From assembly GCA_038245295.1 (NCBI GenBank), contig JBBRSP010000009.1:160001-224000 (forward strand): a stretch of DNA of 64,000 nucleotides, written 5' to 3'. The notes below the pieces were generated by a model. The model was not told the DNA's origin and ran no database searches. It was given only the letters and a program-made list of their open reading frames with translations. The stretch's first letter is position 1. Each line of letters starts with the position of its first letter. Position numbers and translations under genes: made by a program. Shown here piece after piece: positions 30,945 to 40,832 of this stretch. The DNA is from Candidatus Binatia bacterium (lineage in GTDB: Bacteria; Desulfobacterota; Binatia; HRBIN30).

Positions 30945-32534
30945 GGAGCATTGTGCTTATGGACGCAACGCCACGGTATGCCTGAGCGAGATCGCGTCAT
31001 CTCGACGCCACCGAAGATATCCGTGGCAACGTCGGAATCGAGTCGGTTGTTGACGGTCATGAGGCCCGTTGCCGACACGATTCTGCTGACGACACTCGTC
31101 TTCTTCGCCCTGCAGGTCGTCTTTGCGTTCCAATTGCACCGTCCGGCAATCTTCACGATCACCTTTGCGGGAGTCGCCGTTGGCGCGGCGGCGATGCGCT
31201 TTCTTGGACCACCCGTGGGACGTATCAATGCGGCCTTGCTCCTTACCCCGCTGCTGATCGGCATCAGCCTCTTTGAGATCTATTTCGCGGTCATGCACCC
31301 ACGCGACGGCACGGCAGCCTGGCTGGCGGGACGACCCTTCGACAGCCGAACTCTCATGGAGTGTCTTAAGGAGGAGCGCCGCCAGGACCCGTCGGTAGTT
31401 TCCTACCTCATCCCGCGAGCTCTGCTGACGCACCATCTCTTGCTCGAACCGTGGGAGCCGGAAGCCCTGGCCCACACGGTGCGCCCCGACTGGGGGGTTA
31501 CGGTCGATGGCGTTCGCACTCTGCCACTAAGCGGCGTCGCGAACCGACGTACGGTATTCAGCAACGAAAGTGGCCAGCGGATCTACTACGAAAGCGACGA
31601 ACACGGGTTCAACAACCCACATAGTATCTGGGGCGCCGGTGACTTGCAGATCGCCATCCTTGGGGATTCATACTCGCACGGCGCCGGTGTGGCGCCGCAA
31701 GACATCACCGCCGCGCACATCCGCGAACGCTTCCCAAGGACTCTAACACTCGGCATGGCGGCGAACGGGCCGCTGATGGAGTACGCCAGCCTCAAAGAAT
31801 ACGTCGTGGATTTGAAGCCACACATCGTTCTCTGGGCGTACTATATGAACGACCTCTCCGATTTGGATGTCGAGAAGCAATCGCCGCTGCTGCGGCGGTA
31901 TGTCGACGACGATGATTTCCGTCAGGGCCTGGCCGCGAAGCAGCCGAAGGTTGATGAAGTCCTGACGGCCTACCTGGAAGATGTCGAACGCCAAGCCCCG
32001 CAGCATTGGTCGCCAAGGCTGGACGCCGTTGGTCTGACACGACGCTCGACGCCGCTATGGCTCCAGGATCTCATCACGACGGAAGCGCACTCGTCTGTCG
32101 CCGGAGCCCTGCGGCTCGACGGCTCGATCTGGACGGTGACGAAGCGCTTCCTCGAAGTAAACTACTTCGAGCAGCCACCGGACTACGAGCTATTCGAACG
32201 CATTTTGGGGAAGGCCAGGGATACCGTCGCATCGTGGGGCGGACGACTGTACTTCGTCTATCTCCCCGCGGTGTCCTATCTCGGTCGCCGCGGCAATCCA
32301 GTGGTCTTGGATCGCGCCGAAGTGCTGGCTGTGGTGCAACGTCTCGGCATTCCGTTGATCGACGTCCACAAGGTTTTTGCGGAACGACCTGACTCGTACC
32401 GTCTGCGTTTCAACGATGAGTCGCACGCCACCGAAGAAGGGTATGCCCTACATGCAAAGGTCATCCTCGATGGTCTCGCCGCGGCGGTAGAACCAGCGAC
32501 ACTGACGGGCATACCCGACCAACGATCGAACTAA
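30936..32534 (+). CDS. Membrane-anchored SGNH/GDSL hydrolase
   Basis: Three N-terminal TM segments, GDSYSHG, MND and ESHATEEGY. Start uncertain. Confidence 0.82.
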   Translation: MSHGALCLWTQRHGMPERDRVISTPPKISVATSESSRLLTVMRPVADTILLTTLVFFALQVVFAFQLHRPAIFTITFAGVAVGAAAMRFLGPPVGRINAALLLTPLLIGISLFEIYFAVMHPRDGTAAWLAGRPFDSRTLMECLKEERRQDPSVVSYLIPRALLTHHLLLEPWEPEALAHTVRPDWGVTVDGVRTLPLSGVANRRTVFSNESGQRIYYESDEHGFNNPHSIWGAGDLQIAILGDSYSHGAGVAPQDITAAHIRERFPRTLTLGMAANGPLMEYASLKEYVVDLKPHIVLWAYYMNDLSDLDVEKQSPLLRRYVDDDDFRQGLAAKQPKVDEVLTAYLEDVERQAPQHWSPRLDAVGLTRRSTPLWLQDLITTEAHSSVAGALRLDGSIWTVTKRFLEVNYFEQPPDYELFERILGKARDTVASWGGRLYFVYLPAVSYLGRRGNPVVLDRAEVLAVVQRLGIPLIDVHKVFAERPDSYRLRFNDESHATEEGYALHAKVILDGLAAAVEPATLTGIPDQRSN

Positions 32535-32626
32535 TGGCGCACATGCGGAGCTTCCCCGTCCGGTTCGTCGTCGTGCTCAGGAGTATCCGGTATCTGATTG
32601 ATCGTTTGAAACGGCGCAAACACCTC

Positions 32627-32707
32627 CGTCATACCGGCGAAAGCCGGTATCTCGCCAGCTTCCGAGGCTTCCAGCAGGGGGAGATCCCGGTTTTCACCGG
32701 GATGACG
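32627..32707. repeat. REP/dRS3-like palindromic doublet between convergent genes
   Basis: CGTCATACCGGCGAAAGCCGGTATCTC ... GAGATCCCGGTTTTCACCGGGATGACG. Confidence 0.75.
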
Positions 32708-32822
32708 TTGCTCCACTTTGGTTTTGCGACAGTCTCGTTCGCCGGAATGAAGAACCCTCGCCGCCTCGGTCTTCAAATGCACCCACTACCGAGGATCCTG
32801 TTCACCCTGACAATGTCGGAGG

Positions 32823-34247
32823 TCATCCTGCATCTGACGACGAGGCTTCGAGGATCGCTTTGCCCACCATATGACTTGGCTTCGCAACACCGAGCATGGC
32901 GAGCAGCGTCGGCGCAACATCGATCAATGACACTTTGATCGGCTCCACGTTGTGGCGCCGGTCCGGTGTGCGAATCCACAGCATTCCGTCAGGGTGGTGC
33001 ATGCCGCTCTTCAGGCCGTCGACTCGGTAGAACAGGTCGAAGAACGGAATCGGACGATCGACGCCGGCGAGGCGAAGCGAAGTGTCCGCGGGAAGCTCAC
33101 CCGACAGGTAGCAGGCAGCACGGATCTGCGTCCCGGTGCGCTCAACGATCAGGACCGGCTTGTCGTCGGCCGTGCGCACCAGCCGGAGCTGCGCCTCGGC
33201 GCGCCGCGCCTCTGCCTCACTGTCGAAGTCGATGCAGAACTCGTGCGCCATGATCGGTGCGATGCGATACGGTCCCGCAACACCGCTCGTGCTCAGCAAC
33301 ACCTCGAAGTGGCGCGGGCGGTACCATCTCTTCCCGCCGGCCTGTTCATAGGTCACACACGGTTGCTGACTGAGAGCCGTGCAAAACACCAGCGTCGTGT
33401 CATCGCCGACGAATTCGAGGAAGCGGCCCAGCAACTTGTCCATCTGTTGGTACCCGTAGAGAATTGCTTTCTCGTAGATCACTTGTTCGTCCCGGCTCGG
33501 CTTCACATGGAAGGCATCGGGTTGCATGTTACGCCAGTACAGATGCTGGAAGTGTGCTGTACTATTCGAAAAGAACGTCGAGAAGTCGGGACGCTCGCGA
33601 CGGTAGACCCAACGGAACAGATCGAACTGTAGCCTGTCGAGCAGCACGGCACGCTTCCAGCGTGCTCCCGGTTGTGTCCTTTCGATCAGTAACTGCGTGA
33701 CAAGCGCCTTGAGCGTTTCAGCCGACAGCCCATGGTGGGCCATGAAGCGGACGAACTCGAGCTTTTGCCGGGCGCGTAGCGGCACATGATCGAGAGAGCG
33801 GCCGATCACATAGGCCGAAACAAATCGAGTGTACGGTGCCAGCTCATCGGCTGGTTGCGGCGCCACCTTGGTCATCCATGGATCCGGCAAGACCCAACCG
33901 CGGATCGGCGATTGATACTGCAGATTCATCGAGCCACAAAGCCAGACTTTGCCGCCGTGGTCAGACACCACATCCCACACGGCCTTGTCGGACAAGGCGT
34001 GAGCGTCGCCAAGAATCCGCACGTCGTGGGCGCCGTGAGACAGTCCCGTGTGAACGGTGATCCATTGAATCCACGGCTCCAGATCGGGCGCCACCGCTTC
34101 GGCGTCGGTCGTGAACACCTGCGCCTGGTGATAGAACCGCGAAAAGCTCGGCAACTTCCCCTCTGCCATGAAGCGCTGCATAGGCTCCGGGCTGAGCTCG
34201 TTGAACTCGAGAAGAACAACACGTCTTGACGGCATAGATGACGTCAT
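32823..34247 (-). CDS. Alkaline phosphatase superfamily protein
   Basis: LLEFNEL, EPWIQWITVHTG, AHFQH and SGMHHPDG...DVAPTLL. Confidence 0.75.
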   Translation of the reverse strand: MTSSMPSRRVVLLEFNELSPEPMQRFMAEGKLPSFSRFYHQAQVFTTDAEAVAPDLEPWIQWITVHTGLSHGAHDVRILGDAHALSDKAVWDVVSDHGGKVWLCGSMNLQYQSPIRGWVLPDPWMTKVAPQPADELAPYTRFVSAYVIGRSLDHVPLRARQKLEFVRFMAHHGLSAETLKALVTQLLIERTQPGARWKRAVLLDRLQFDLFRWVYRRERPDFSTFFSNSTAHFQHLYWRNMQPDAFHVKPSRDEQVIYEKAILYGYQQMDKLLGRFLEFVGDDTTLVFCTALSQQPCVTYEQAGGKRWYRPRHFEVLLSTSGVAGPYRIAPIMAHEFCIDFDSEAEARRAEAQLRLVRTADDKPVLIVERTGTQIRAACYLSGELPADTSLRLAGVDRPIPFFDLFYRVDGLKSGMHHPDGMLWIRTPDRRHNVEPIKVSLIDVAPTLLAMLGVAKPSHMVGKAILEASSSDAG

Positions 34248-35479
34248 CGCTCCTGTGCCAAACGCTGCGCGCTTTTCGAATCGGCGACGACGCGAGTAAG
34301 GATAGCCGCGAAATCGGCGGCAACGCGACGCCAGCTGTAGTTGGTTTCGACCAACGAAAGCGCCGCTCTTCCCAGCGCCGCGCGCCGCGCCGGCTCACCA
34401 AGCAACGCCGCCACCGCGGTGGCGAACTCCTGCGGCTCGTCCGCCAATACAATGTTCTCACCGTGCTGCACCGGCAGGCCTTCGGCGCCGATCGTCGTCG
34501 AGACGACGGCCTTGCCCATTGCCATAGCCTCGTAGATCTTGAGCCGCGTGCCGCTACCGACGCGCAGCGGAACCATACACACGGCGCTGCGCGCCAGATA
34601 GGGACGAATGTCCTCGACCCATCCGGTGAGTTGCACACACTTCTCGCGGGCCGCCAGCTCGCGCACGCGCGCCGACGGATCGCGCCCAACGATGCATACG
34701 GAAATGTCGGGAACCTGATGCTTGAGTAACGGCAAGATTTGTTCACCGAAGTAGAGAATGCCGTCGTCGTTCGGCATCCAGTCCATCGAACCCGTGAAGA
34801 CGATGGAGTTGGGTTGCTCCGGCTCCGTGCTTGGGCGAAAGAATTCGATATCAACGCCGGTTTGAACGACGCTGACCTTGGTCGGATCTACCCACTCCAC
34901 GAAGACGTCGCGATCGATATCCGACACGGCGAGCACGTGATCGGCGAGATCCAGGTAGCGGCGCTCGGTGGCGTGCGTCGTGCGCCACTCACGTCGACAC
35001 AGGGCGCGCCAAATGGGGTTGGTGGCGACGTCATAGTGTCGTTTCCAGATCTGCGCTTCCACATTGTGTGTGAACAGAACCTTGGGCGTCGCAACCTCCC
35101 ACGGGATCACACCGCCGGCCACCATGAAGTCGCAAACGATGACATCGAAGCTTTCCTCGCGCAGGACCTGTCGCACCCGTGCCGACACCTCCGGACGACA
35201 GTACTTGCGAATCGCATACGGCTCGGACGCAAACAGGTGGCGCGCCAACTGCATCATCTCGGCAAAGCCCCGTTGCGCCGGGAGCTTCAAGGGCACCGAT
35301 TCAACGCGATCGAAGATTGTTCGGAGCCCGGGGTGTTCATCGCCGGCGTGCTCGGCGTGGAAGGAAACAAACGTCACCGAGTGCTGACGCGCCAGCTCTT
35401 TCAGAATGTTGTAGCTGCGGATCTTGCCACCGGTGTCGGGGGGGACCAGGCCACCAGCTTTTACCCACAGGATGCGCAC
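34244..35479 (-). CDS. Glycosyltransferase family 4
   Basis: PPDTGGKIRS, HNVE, GSMDWMPN and GSGTRLKIYEAMAMG. Confidence 0.92.
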   Translation of the reverse strand: MRILWVKAGGLVPPDTGGKIRSYNILKELARQHSVTFVSFHAEHAGDEHPGLRTIFDRVESVPLKLPAQRGFAEMMQLARHLFASEPYAIRKYCRPEVSARVRQVLREESFDVIVCDFMVAGGVIPWEVATPKVLFTHNVEAQIWKRHYDVATNPIWRALCRREWRTTHATERRYLDLADHVLAVSDIDRDVFVEWVDPTKVSVVQTGVDIEFFRPSTEPEQPNSIVFTGSMDWMPNDDGILYFGEQILPLLKHQVPDISVCIVGRDPSARVRELAAREKCVQLTGWVEDIRPYLARSAVCMVPLRVGSGTRLKIYEAMAMGKAVVSTTIGAEGLPVQHGENIVLADEPQEFATAVAALLGEPARRAALGRAALSLVETNYSWRRVAADFAAILTRVVADSKSAQRLAQER

Positions 35480-35491
35480 CGTCGGATCCGC

Positions 35492-36817
35492 CTACCAGCA
35501 GAGCCCGTCGTAGTGTGGATGCGCGCCGAGGCGGCGTGAACGTTCGACGTTGACGAGGTCGATGACCACCTGCTGCGGGCGCAGCAGTGTTTCCATCACC
35601 TGACGATCGACACCGCGTGTACCGATGACGATCGTCTCGGCGGATTGAACAACGTCTTCCAAACGCGGGCGTAGCAAGGATGCGAGGTGGGGAATGACCT
35701 CTTCGATGTATTGCCGGTTTGAGCCGATGAGTTGTCCGAGAGCGACGTTCTCATCCCAGATCTGCAGCTGGCAGCCCTCGCCCAGGAGGCGCTTGACGAG
35801 ATGCACGGCCGGGCTTTCGCGCAGATCGTCGGTCGCTGCCTTGAAGGCCAGACCGAGCATGCCGACCTTCCGATTACCCGTGCGCAACACGAGCTCGACG
35901 GCGCGCTCGAGATGCTCCTGATTGCTCGGCATGATCGCCTCGAGCAACGGTAATCGCAGGTCGAGCTCATTAGCGCGGTAGGTGAGCGCGCGCAGATCTT
36001 TGGGCAAACACGAGCCACCAAAGGCAAAGCCGGGGCGCAGATAGGCGGGGGAGACGTTGAGGACACGATCGGCGAGAAAGACTTCCATCATCGGCTCGAC
36101 ATCGACGCCGAACTGTTTCGCCAACGTGCCGACCTCGTTGGCGAAGCCGACCTTGAGCGCGTGCCAGGAATTACAAACATATTTGACCATCTCGGCGGTA
36201 GCGATGTCGGTCTCGAAGAGACGTCCGGGGGTCCAGGTGTAGAGGGCGCACAGCTGGGCACGGTGAGACGGGTCGGTCGCACCGACGACCGTTATGGCCG
36301 GCCGCAGGAAGTCGTCGACCGCCGTGCCTTCGCGCATGAACTCCGGATTGACACAAACGCCGAACCCCTTCCCCAACGATTTGCCGCTGGCGCGCTCGAG
36401 CGCCGGAATGACGACGGACTCGGTCGTGCCGGGCAGGACGGTGCTGCGCACGACCACCAGGTGGAACGCGTCTTTGACCTTGAGGGCCTCGCCGATCTCC
36501 TGGCAGGCGTGTTCGATGTGGCTCAGCTCAAGCTTGCCGTTGCGTTGCCCCGGCGTGCCGACACAAAGGAAGGAGATGTCGGTTTGCGCCACAGCCGCTT
36601 CCGTATCGGGGGTCGCGTGCAAGCGCCCGGCGGCGTGGGCGTCGGCGATCAGCGCTTCCAGACCGGGCTCTATGATGGTGCTGCGACCGGCTTCCAGCGA
36701 TGCCACCTTGGCGGGATTGACGTCGACCCCAATCACCGTATGTCCGAGGTGCGAAAGACAACCGGCGGTCACCGATCCGACATATCCCAATCCGAAAATG
36801 CTGACTGACCGGCTCAT
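35492..36817 (-). CDS. GDP-mannose/UDP-glucose 6-dehydrogenase (AlgD-like)
   Basis: IFGLGYVG, NPEFMREG, FAFGGSCLPKD and TDDLRESP; start at MSRSV. Confidence 0.95.
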   Translation of the reverse strand: MSRSVSIFGLGYVGSVTAGCLSHLGHTVIGVDVNPAKVASLEAGRSTIIEPGLEALIADAHAAGRLHATPDTEAAVAQTDISFLCVGTPGQRNGKLELSHIEHACQEIGEALKVKDAFHLVVVRSTVLPGTTESVVIPALERASGKSLGKGFGVCVNPEFMREGTAVDDFLRPAITVVGATDPSHRAQLCALYTWTPGRLFETDIATAEMVKYVCNSWHALKVGFANEVGTLAKQFGVDVEPMMEVFLADRVLNVSPAYLRPGFAFGGSCLPKDLRALTYRANELDLRLPLLEAIMPSNQEHLERAVELVLRTGNRKVGMLGLAFKAATDDLRESPAVHLVKRLLGEGCQLQIWDENVALGQLIGSNRQYIEEVIPHLASLLRPRLEDVVQSAETIVIGTRGVDRQVMETLLRPQQVVIDLVNVERSRRLGAHPHYDGLCW

Positions 36818-37113
36818 GCTCGCCCTTCTTCCACAACCCGTGAAGAGACTTTGTACGGGATGCGCAACACGGTCGTCTCGCACAGCTTCCCCGGCCGACG
36901 CAACCGGCCAAGGGAAGGTCGCGGAATTTGTGAGCCGAGGGCGTCGGGGAGACTTCCGGAATTCCCGGTTCTCGTTCTGGCTTCTGGGTTTGCGGTCCTC
37001 GATGCGTTCAGACCTCTCGAGGGCGGCCCGTGCAATGAGGGGCTTATCGGCTTCAACGCATCGAGAATGGAGGACCCTGAACTCAGAAGACGTGACGAGA
37101 ATTAAGACGTAGG

Positions 37114-37503
37114 TCAGGCAGGGGACACGACTGGGAAGCCCAGAAGCGCCGCGCCTTCTGCCATGCGCCCGTCGTAGGTCACCAGGGCCGTCAGCTCCGG
37201 CGCGATAAGGGCTGCGGCGGCAAGGTGGATCGCATCGAGTGAGCGCATCTTCATCGGGTCCAACATGGCTGCGGCATCGAGTAGCGTATCGCTGAGTTGG
37301 ACGAGCTGAAGGGTTTGAAGCAAGGCCCTCGCTCTTTCGAGAGCTGCCGTGCCGTGTTGCCGGGTGGCGCGAAGAACCTCGGTGCGTGCCAAGGCGCACG
37401 AAACACGGTCCGCCGGTTCGCGCTTGAGAAAACTCAGCAGGGCGTGCGATTCCTTCTCGGCGATGACGAGCTTCAACAGGGCGGACGAATCAAGGTAGAG
37501 CAT
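37114..37503 (-). CDS. vapC: VapC PIN-domain toxin
   Basis: YLDSSALLK, E, RSLDAIHLAAA and TYD. Confidence 0.92.
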   Translation of the reverse strand: MLYLDSSALLKLVIAEKESHALLSFLKREPADRVSCALARTEVLRATRQHGTAALERARALLQTLQLVQLSDTLLDAAAMLDPMKMRSLDAIHLAAAALIAPELTALVTYDGRMAEGAALLGFPVVSPA

Positions 37504-37775
37504 CAGCGTTCGTGCGCTCGCATTTTCGCAAGAGTAACCGACGGCGGCTCAAGGCCGCGCCGTAGTTTCAGCGGCGGACCCAACTCGAGCAAGTTGCCCT
37601 TTCCGCGCTTGAGCTTGCCTGCGGCTTCCAACTGATCGAGGAGGGAGCCGGCGACCGGAACCAACCGTGCCACCGGGCGTCCTCGGACGGTAACTTCAAT
37701 GCTCTCGCCGAGACGGACTCGTTCCACCGTGGTGGCGGCGTTCTGCTGCAGCTGTCTGACCCCGATGCTACCCAT
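37503..37775 (-). CDS. Phd/YefM-family antitoxin
   Basis: IGVRQLQQN...GESIEVTVRGRPVARLVP; its stop overlaps the vapC start. Confidence 0.92.
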   Translation of the reverse strand: MGSIGVRQLQQNAATTVERVRLGESIEVTVRGRPVARLVPVAGSLLDQLEAAGKLKRGKGNLLELGPPLKLRRGLEPPSVTLAKMRAHER

Positions 37776-38004
37776 GTGCGGCAAGGTAGCACGAGCCTAG
37801 GTTGACCGCCAAGTCGTCTCTTGTCGAGCTGAGACCTCCCTCGTCGCAGAGCGGCCCAAAAGGGACGGAGCGCCCGTTGCCCGGAACACCCAACCGCCGA
37901 GGCTTCTTTGCCCGAGCTGCTGGAAATAGGTGCGGCCATGCCGTACGACTCCGCTAGACAGAGCCGTGCCGCGCGTGGTGGCGCTGATGGTCAGAGGAGG
38001 GTTC

Positions 38005-39321
38005 ATGTCGGTGTCGCTCAAGAAGGTTCGGGCTCGCGTTGCCTCGCAAAAGAAGTTGCTGCCGTCGCTCTATGGGAAGATCGACTTCCGCCGTATGCCG
38101 GAGCGCTTCACCGAGGATGCGTCGCAAGCCATCGTCAAAGATCGCGCCCCGATGGGCGTGGCGATGACCGACCACGAGCTCGAGCTGGTGCGCGCCTACA
38201 CGATGCTCGGCGACATTGTGGCGGACGCCTATGCGGCGCTGATGCCGAAGTACAAGTTTCGCGACTTGATCCGCATGCTGGGTGAAGCGTGCGACCGCGG
38301 CATAGAGAATGTCGCCGGCGCGCCGCCCGAGCTGGCTGCCTTTGTCCACGACATGGAGCGCAAGCCGGATTGGCTCGACATGGACCTGGTGCGCGAGGGG
38401 GCGCGGTTGGATCTCAACGCGACCGCCAACGTCGCGCCCTACGCCATTCGCGGCGCCTTCATCGCAACGTTCCTCAACAAGTACTCGGCCCTGCCGATGG
38501 CCATCACGGGAACGCTCAGCAACGAGACCGCAGCGCGTCGCGTGCGCGAGACGGCGCACTTCTTCGCCTGCACGGTGTTGCCCGGAGCGCTGGAGCGGTT
38601 CGGCGAAGGCTTCAAGGCGGCCGCGATGGTGCGCCTGATGCACTCCATGGTGCGCGTCAATGCGCTGCGCTCGGGGCGGTGGGACGCCTCGGTCTACGGT
38701 GTACCGATCCCCCAGGTCGACCAGATGCCGGCCGGCTTGATCCCGATTTTCCTGCTCGCCTTCCGCATGCTGCGCGAGGGGAGGCGGACGTTCACACCAG
38801 GCGAGCGCGCCCAGGTCGAGCTGGCGCGTTATCGTTGCTTCCTACTCGGACTCCCCGAGGACCTGCTTGCCGATACGCCGGAGGGCATCGTGCGCATGAT
38901 GACGGCGCGCAACACCACCCTGCGCGACGGCTTCGACGACGAAACCTGCGGCCCGCTCATTCGCGCCACGCTGGCCGCCTATCTGCCGCAGGACCACAGC
39001 CTGGCGAATCAGGTCTACGACCAACTCGAGCGCCGCTTCGCGAAGCTGGTGTTCGTCGAAGCCTTTCTGGGCGGCAACCGCGACCTGGCCAAGAAAATGG
39101 GCGTCGAGATCGGCACCGACGACGTTGTCGTCGGCGCGCTCGTCGGTGCCGGCATCACGCTGCAGATGAAGGCCTTCGAGCTCGCCGAGTGGATCCCCGG
39201 CGTACGCGAGATCGCCACCTCGATCCTGGTGAAAAAGGTCGAGCAACAACTCGCCGACTACGGCCATGCGCGCTTCACCACCGACGCCTCGAGGTACCGG
39301 CCGACGGCGGCGGCCGCTTGA
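38005..39321 (+). CDS. MpaB/Lcp-like (DUF2236) heme oxygenase domain protein
   Basis: PDWLD, RRVRET, VRLMHSMVR and GVPIPQVD; RBS AGGAGG. Confidence 0.85.
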   Translation: MSVSLKKVRARVASQKKLLPSLYGKIDFRRMPERFTEDASQAIVKDRAPMGVAMTDHELELVRAYTMLGDIVADAYAALMPKYKFRDLIRMLGEACDRGIENVAGAPPELAAFVHDMERKPDWLDMDLVREGARLDLNATANVAPYAIRGAFIATFLNKYSALPMAITGTLSNETAARRVRETAHFFACTVLPGALERFGEGFKAAAMVRLMHSMVRVNALRSGRWDASVYGVPIPQVDQMPAGLIPIFLLAFRMLREGRRTFTPGERAQVELARYRCFLLGLPEDLLADTPEGIVRMMTARNTTLRDGFDDETCGPLIRATLAAYLPQDHSLANQVYDQLERRFAKLVFVEAFLGGNRDLAKKMGVEIGTDDVVVGALVGAGITLQMKAFELAEWIPGVREIATSILVKKVEQQLADYGHARFTTDASRYRPTAAAA

Positions 39322-39409
39322 TCCGCGTTCCCCTGCTGCGTTTTGCCTCCTGCCTCTTGCCTGCTGTTTTTGGTTCCCGGCGACCTTGTAGGGCGCCTGC
39401 TCTGAACGG

Positions 39410-40510
39410 TCAGCGCACGCTGTCGATCTGGAAGAGCGGCACGGGCCTGCTGAGGCCCTTGAATTCGTGGTCGCCCAGGCTCGATGCCGCTACCCGATCG
39501 TCGACCGCTGCATGCACGCGATGGGTGACGAGAATCTGTCCGCCGCGCGCCATGGCGCACACGCGGGCGGCGAGGTTCACCACGGTGCCGATCGCCGTGT
39601 ACTCGGTGCGACCCTCGAAGCCGATCTCGCCGCACGTGGCGTAGCCTACGGCGATGCCGATGCCGAGCGTCAGGTCGTGGCCACGCCGCCGCCACTGCTG
39701 CGACAGCGCGGCGGTGCGCTCGCGCATCGCGATGGCCAGTCGCACCGCGTTCCACGCCGGGTCGTCGAGCTGCACGGGATCGTTGAAGAACACGAGCATG
39801 CCGTCGCCGGTGAACTGGGCAATGGTGCCCTCGTGTTCGAAGATCATCGGGCCGACCGCGTGATGGAACTCGCGCAGCACGGCCATGACCTCCTCCGGCT
39901 CGGCCGTCTCGGAGAACGCGGTGAAGCCGCGCAGGTCGCAGAACAACACCGTGATCTCACGGCGGTGACTGGCGAGGATCGAGTCGCCGCCGGCGGCGAT
40001 GGCCTCGGCCAACTGCGGGGTGACGAAGCGCCGCAGCATGTTGAGCCGCTCCACCTCGCGCACCTTCTCGTCGACGCGCTCGCTGAGCCGCGTGTTCCAC
40101 TGCACCAGCTCGTCGGTCATCCGCTTCTTGTCGAGGCAGGCGCCGAGCCGGGCGTGCAGCAGGACGGGATCGAATGGCTTCGGTAGGTAGTCCTCGGCGC
40201 CGAGCTTGATGCAGGCGATGATCGAGTCCATCTCGTCGACGCCGGAGATGACGATGAACGGGATGGTCTTCAAGCGGGCGTCGCCGCTGCGGTGCGTCAG
40301 CAGCCCATAGCCGTCCATCTCCGGCATCTCGATATCGGTGAGCACCACGTCGATCGCCTGTTCGGTGAGAACCGCGATGGCTTCGCGACCGTTGGCTGCC
40401 TCGCGCACCCGGTGCCCTTCGGCTTCGAGTGACATGGCAAGCATGGTACGGTTGAGCGGATCGTCGTCGACGACGAGGATCGTGGCGGGTTTCGTGGGCA
40501 TTGCGTCCAT
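39410..40510 (-). CDS. Response regulator with class III adenylate/guanylate cyclase output
   Basis: REC (DDD, TDIEMP, YLPKP) plus CDLRGFT, GDG and YTAIGTVVNLAAR. Confidence 0.93.
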   Translation of the reverse strand: MDAMPTKPATILVVDDDPLNRTMLAMSLEAEGHRVREAANGREAIAVLTEQAIDVVLTDIEMPEMDGYGLLTHRSGDARLKTIPFIVISGVDEMDSIIACIKLGAEDYLPKPFDPVLLHARLGACLDKKRMTDELVQWNTRLSERVDEKVREVERLNMLRRFVTPQLAEAIAAGGDSILASHRREITVLFCDLRGFTAFSETAEPEEVMAVLREFHHAVGPMIFEHEGTIAQFTGDGMLVFFNDPVQLDDPAWNAVRLAIAMRERTAALSQQWRRRGHDLTLGIGIAVGYATCGEIGFEGRTEYTAIGTVVNLAARVCAMARGGQILVTHRVHAAVDDRVAASSLGDHEFKGLSRPVPLFQIDSVR

Positions 40511-40832
40511 CCTCGCGTCACCAACGCATCATCTGGGCACACGGCGATGTCGGCCGGATCATCCAGCCGCGGCAGAATCACATCCCCATCCTCGAAGCGA
40601 TAGTTTGATGATCCCGCTCGCTCGCAAGTTCACTTCCTATTCGGCACCGACGAACTCGCGCCGCCGAGCCGCGAGGCCTATTCGAAGGTGTCCTATCTTG
40701 ACCGCGGAATGATGTCCAGATCAGCCAAGGTGGGATAGCGCTCCAGTTCACGGTCGTTGACTCTCGCGCTCCAAGTGGTCCAGGATGCCGACGCGCGCGG
40801 GATCGCGCTCGCACGGCGAGGAGGGAATCATC

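Noticed and set aside
36818..37399. N-terminal extension of the sugar dehydrogenase ORF
   Set aside because: It overlaps vapC, and the Rossmann motif begins right after ATG 36817.
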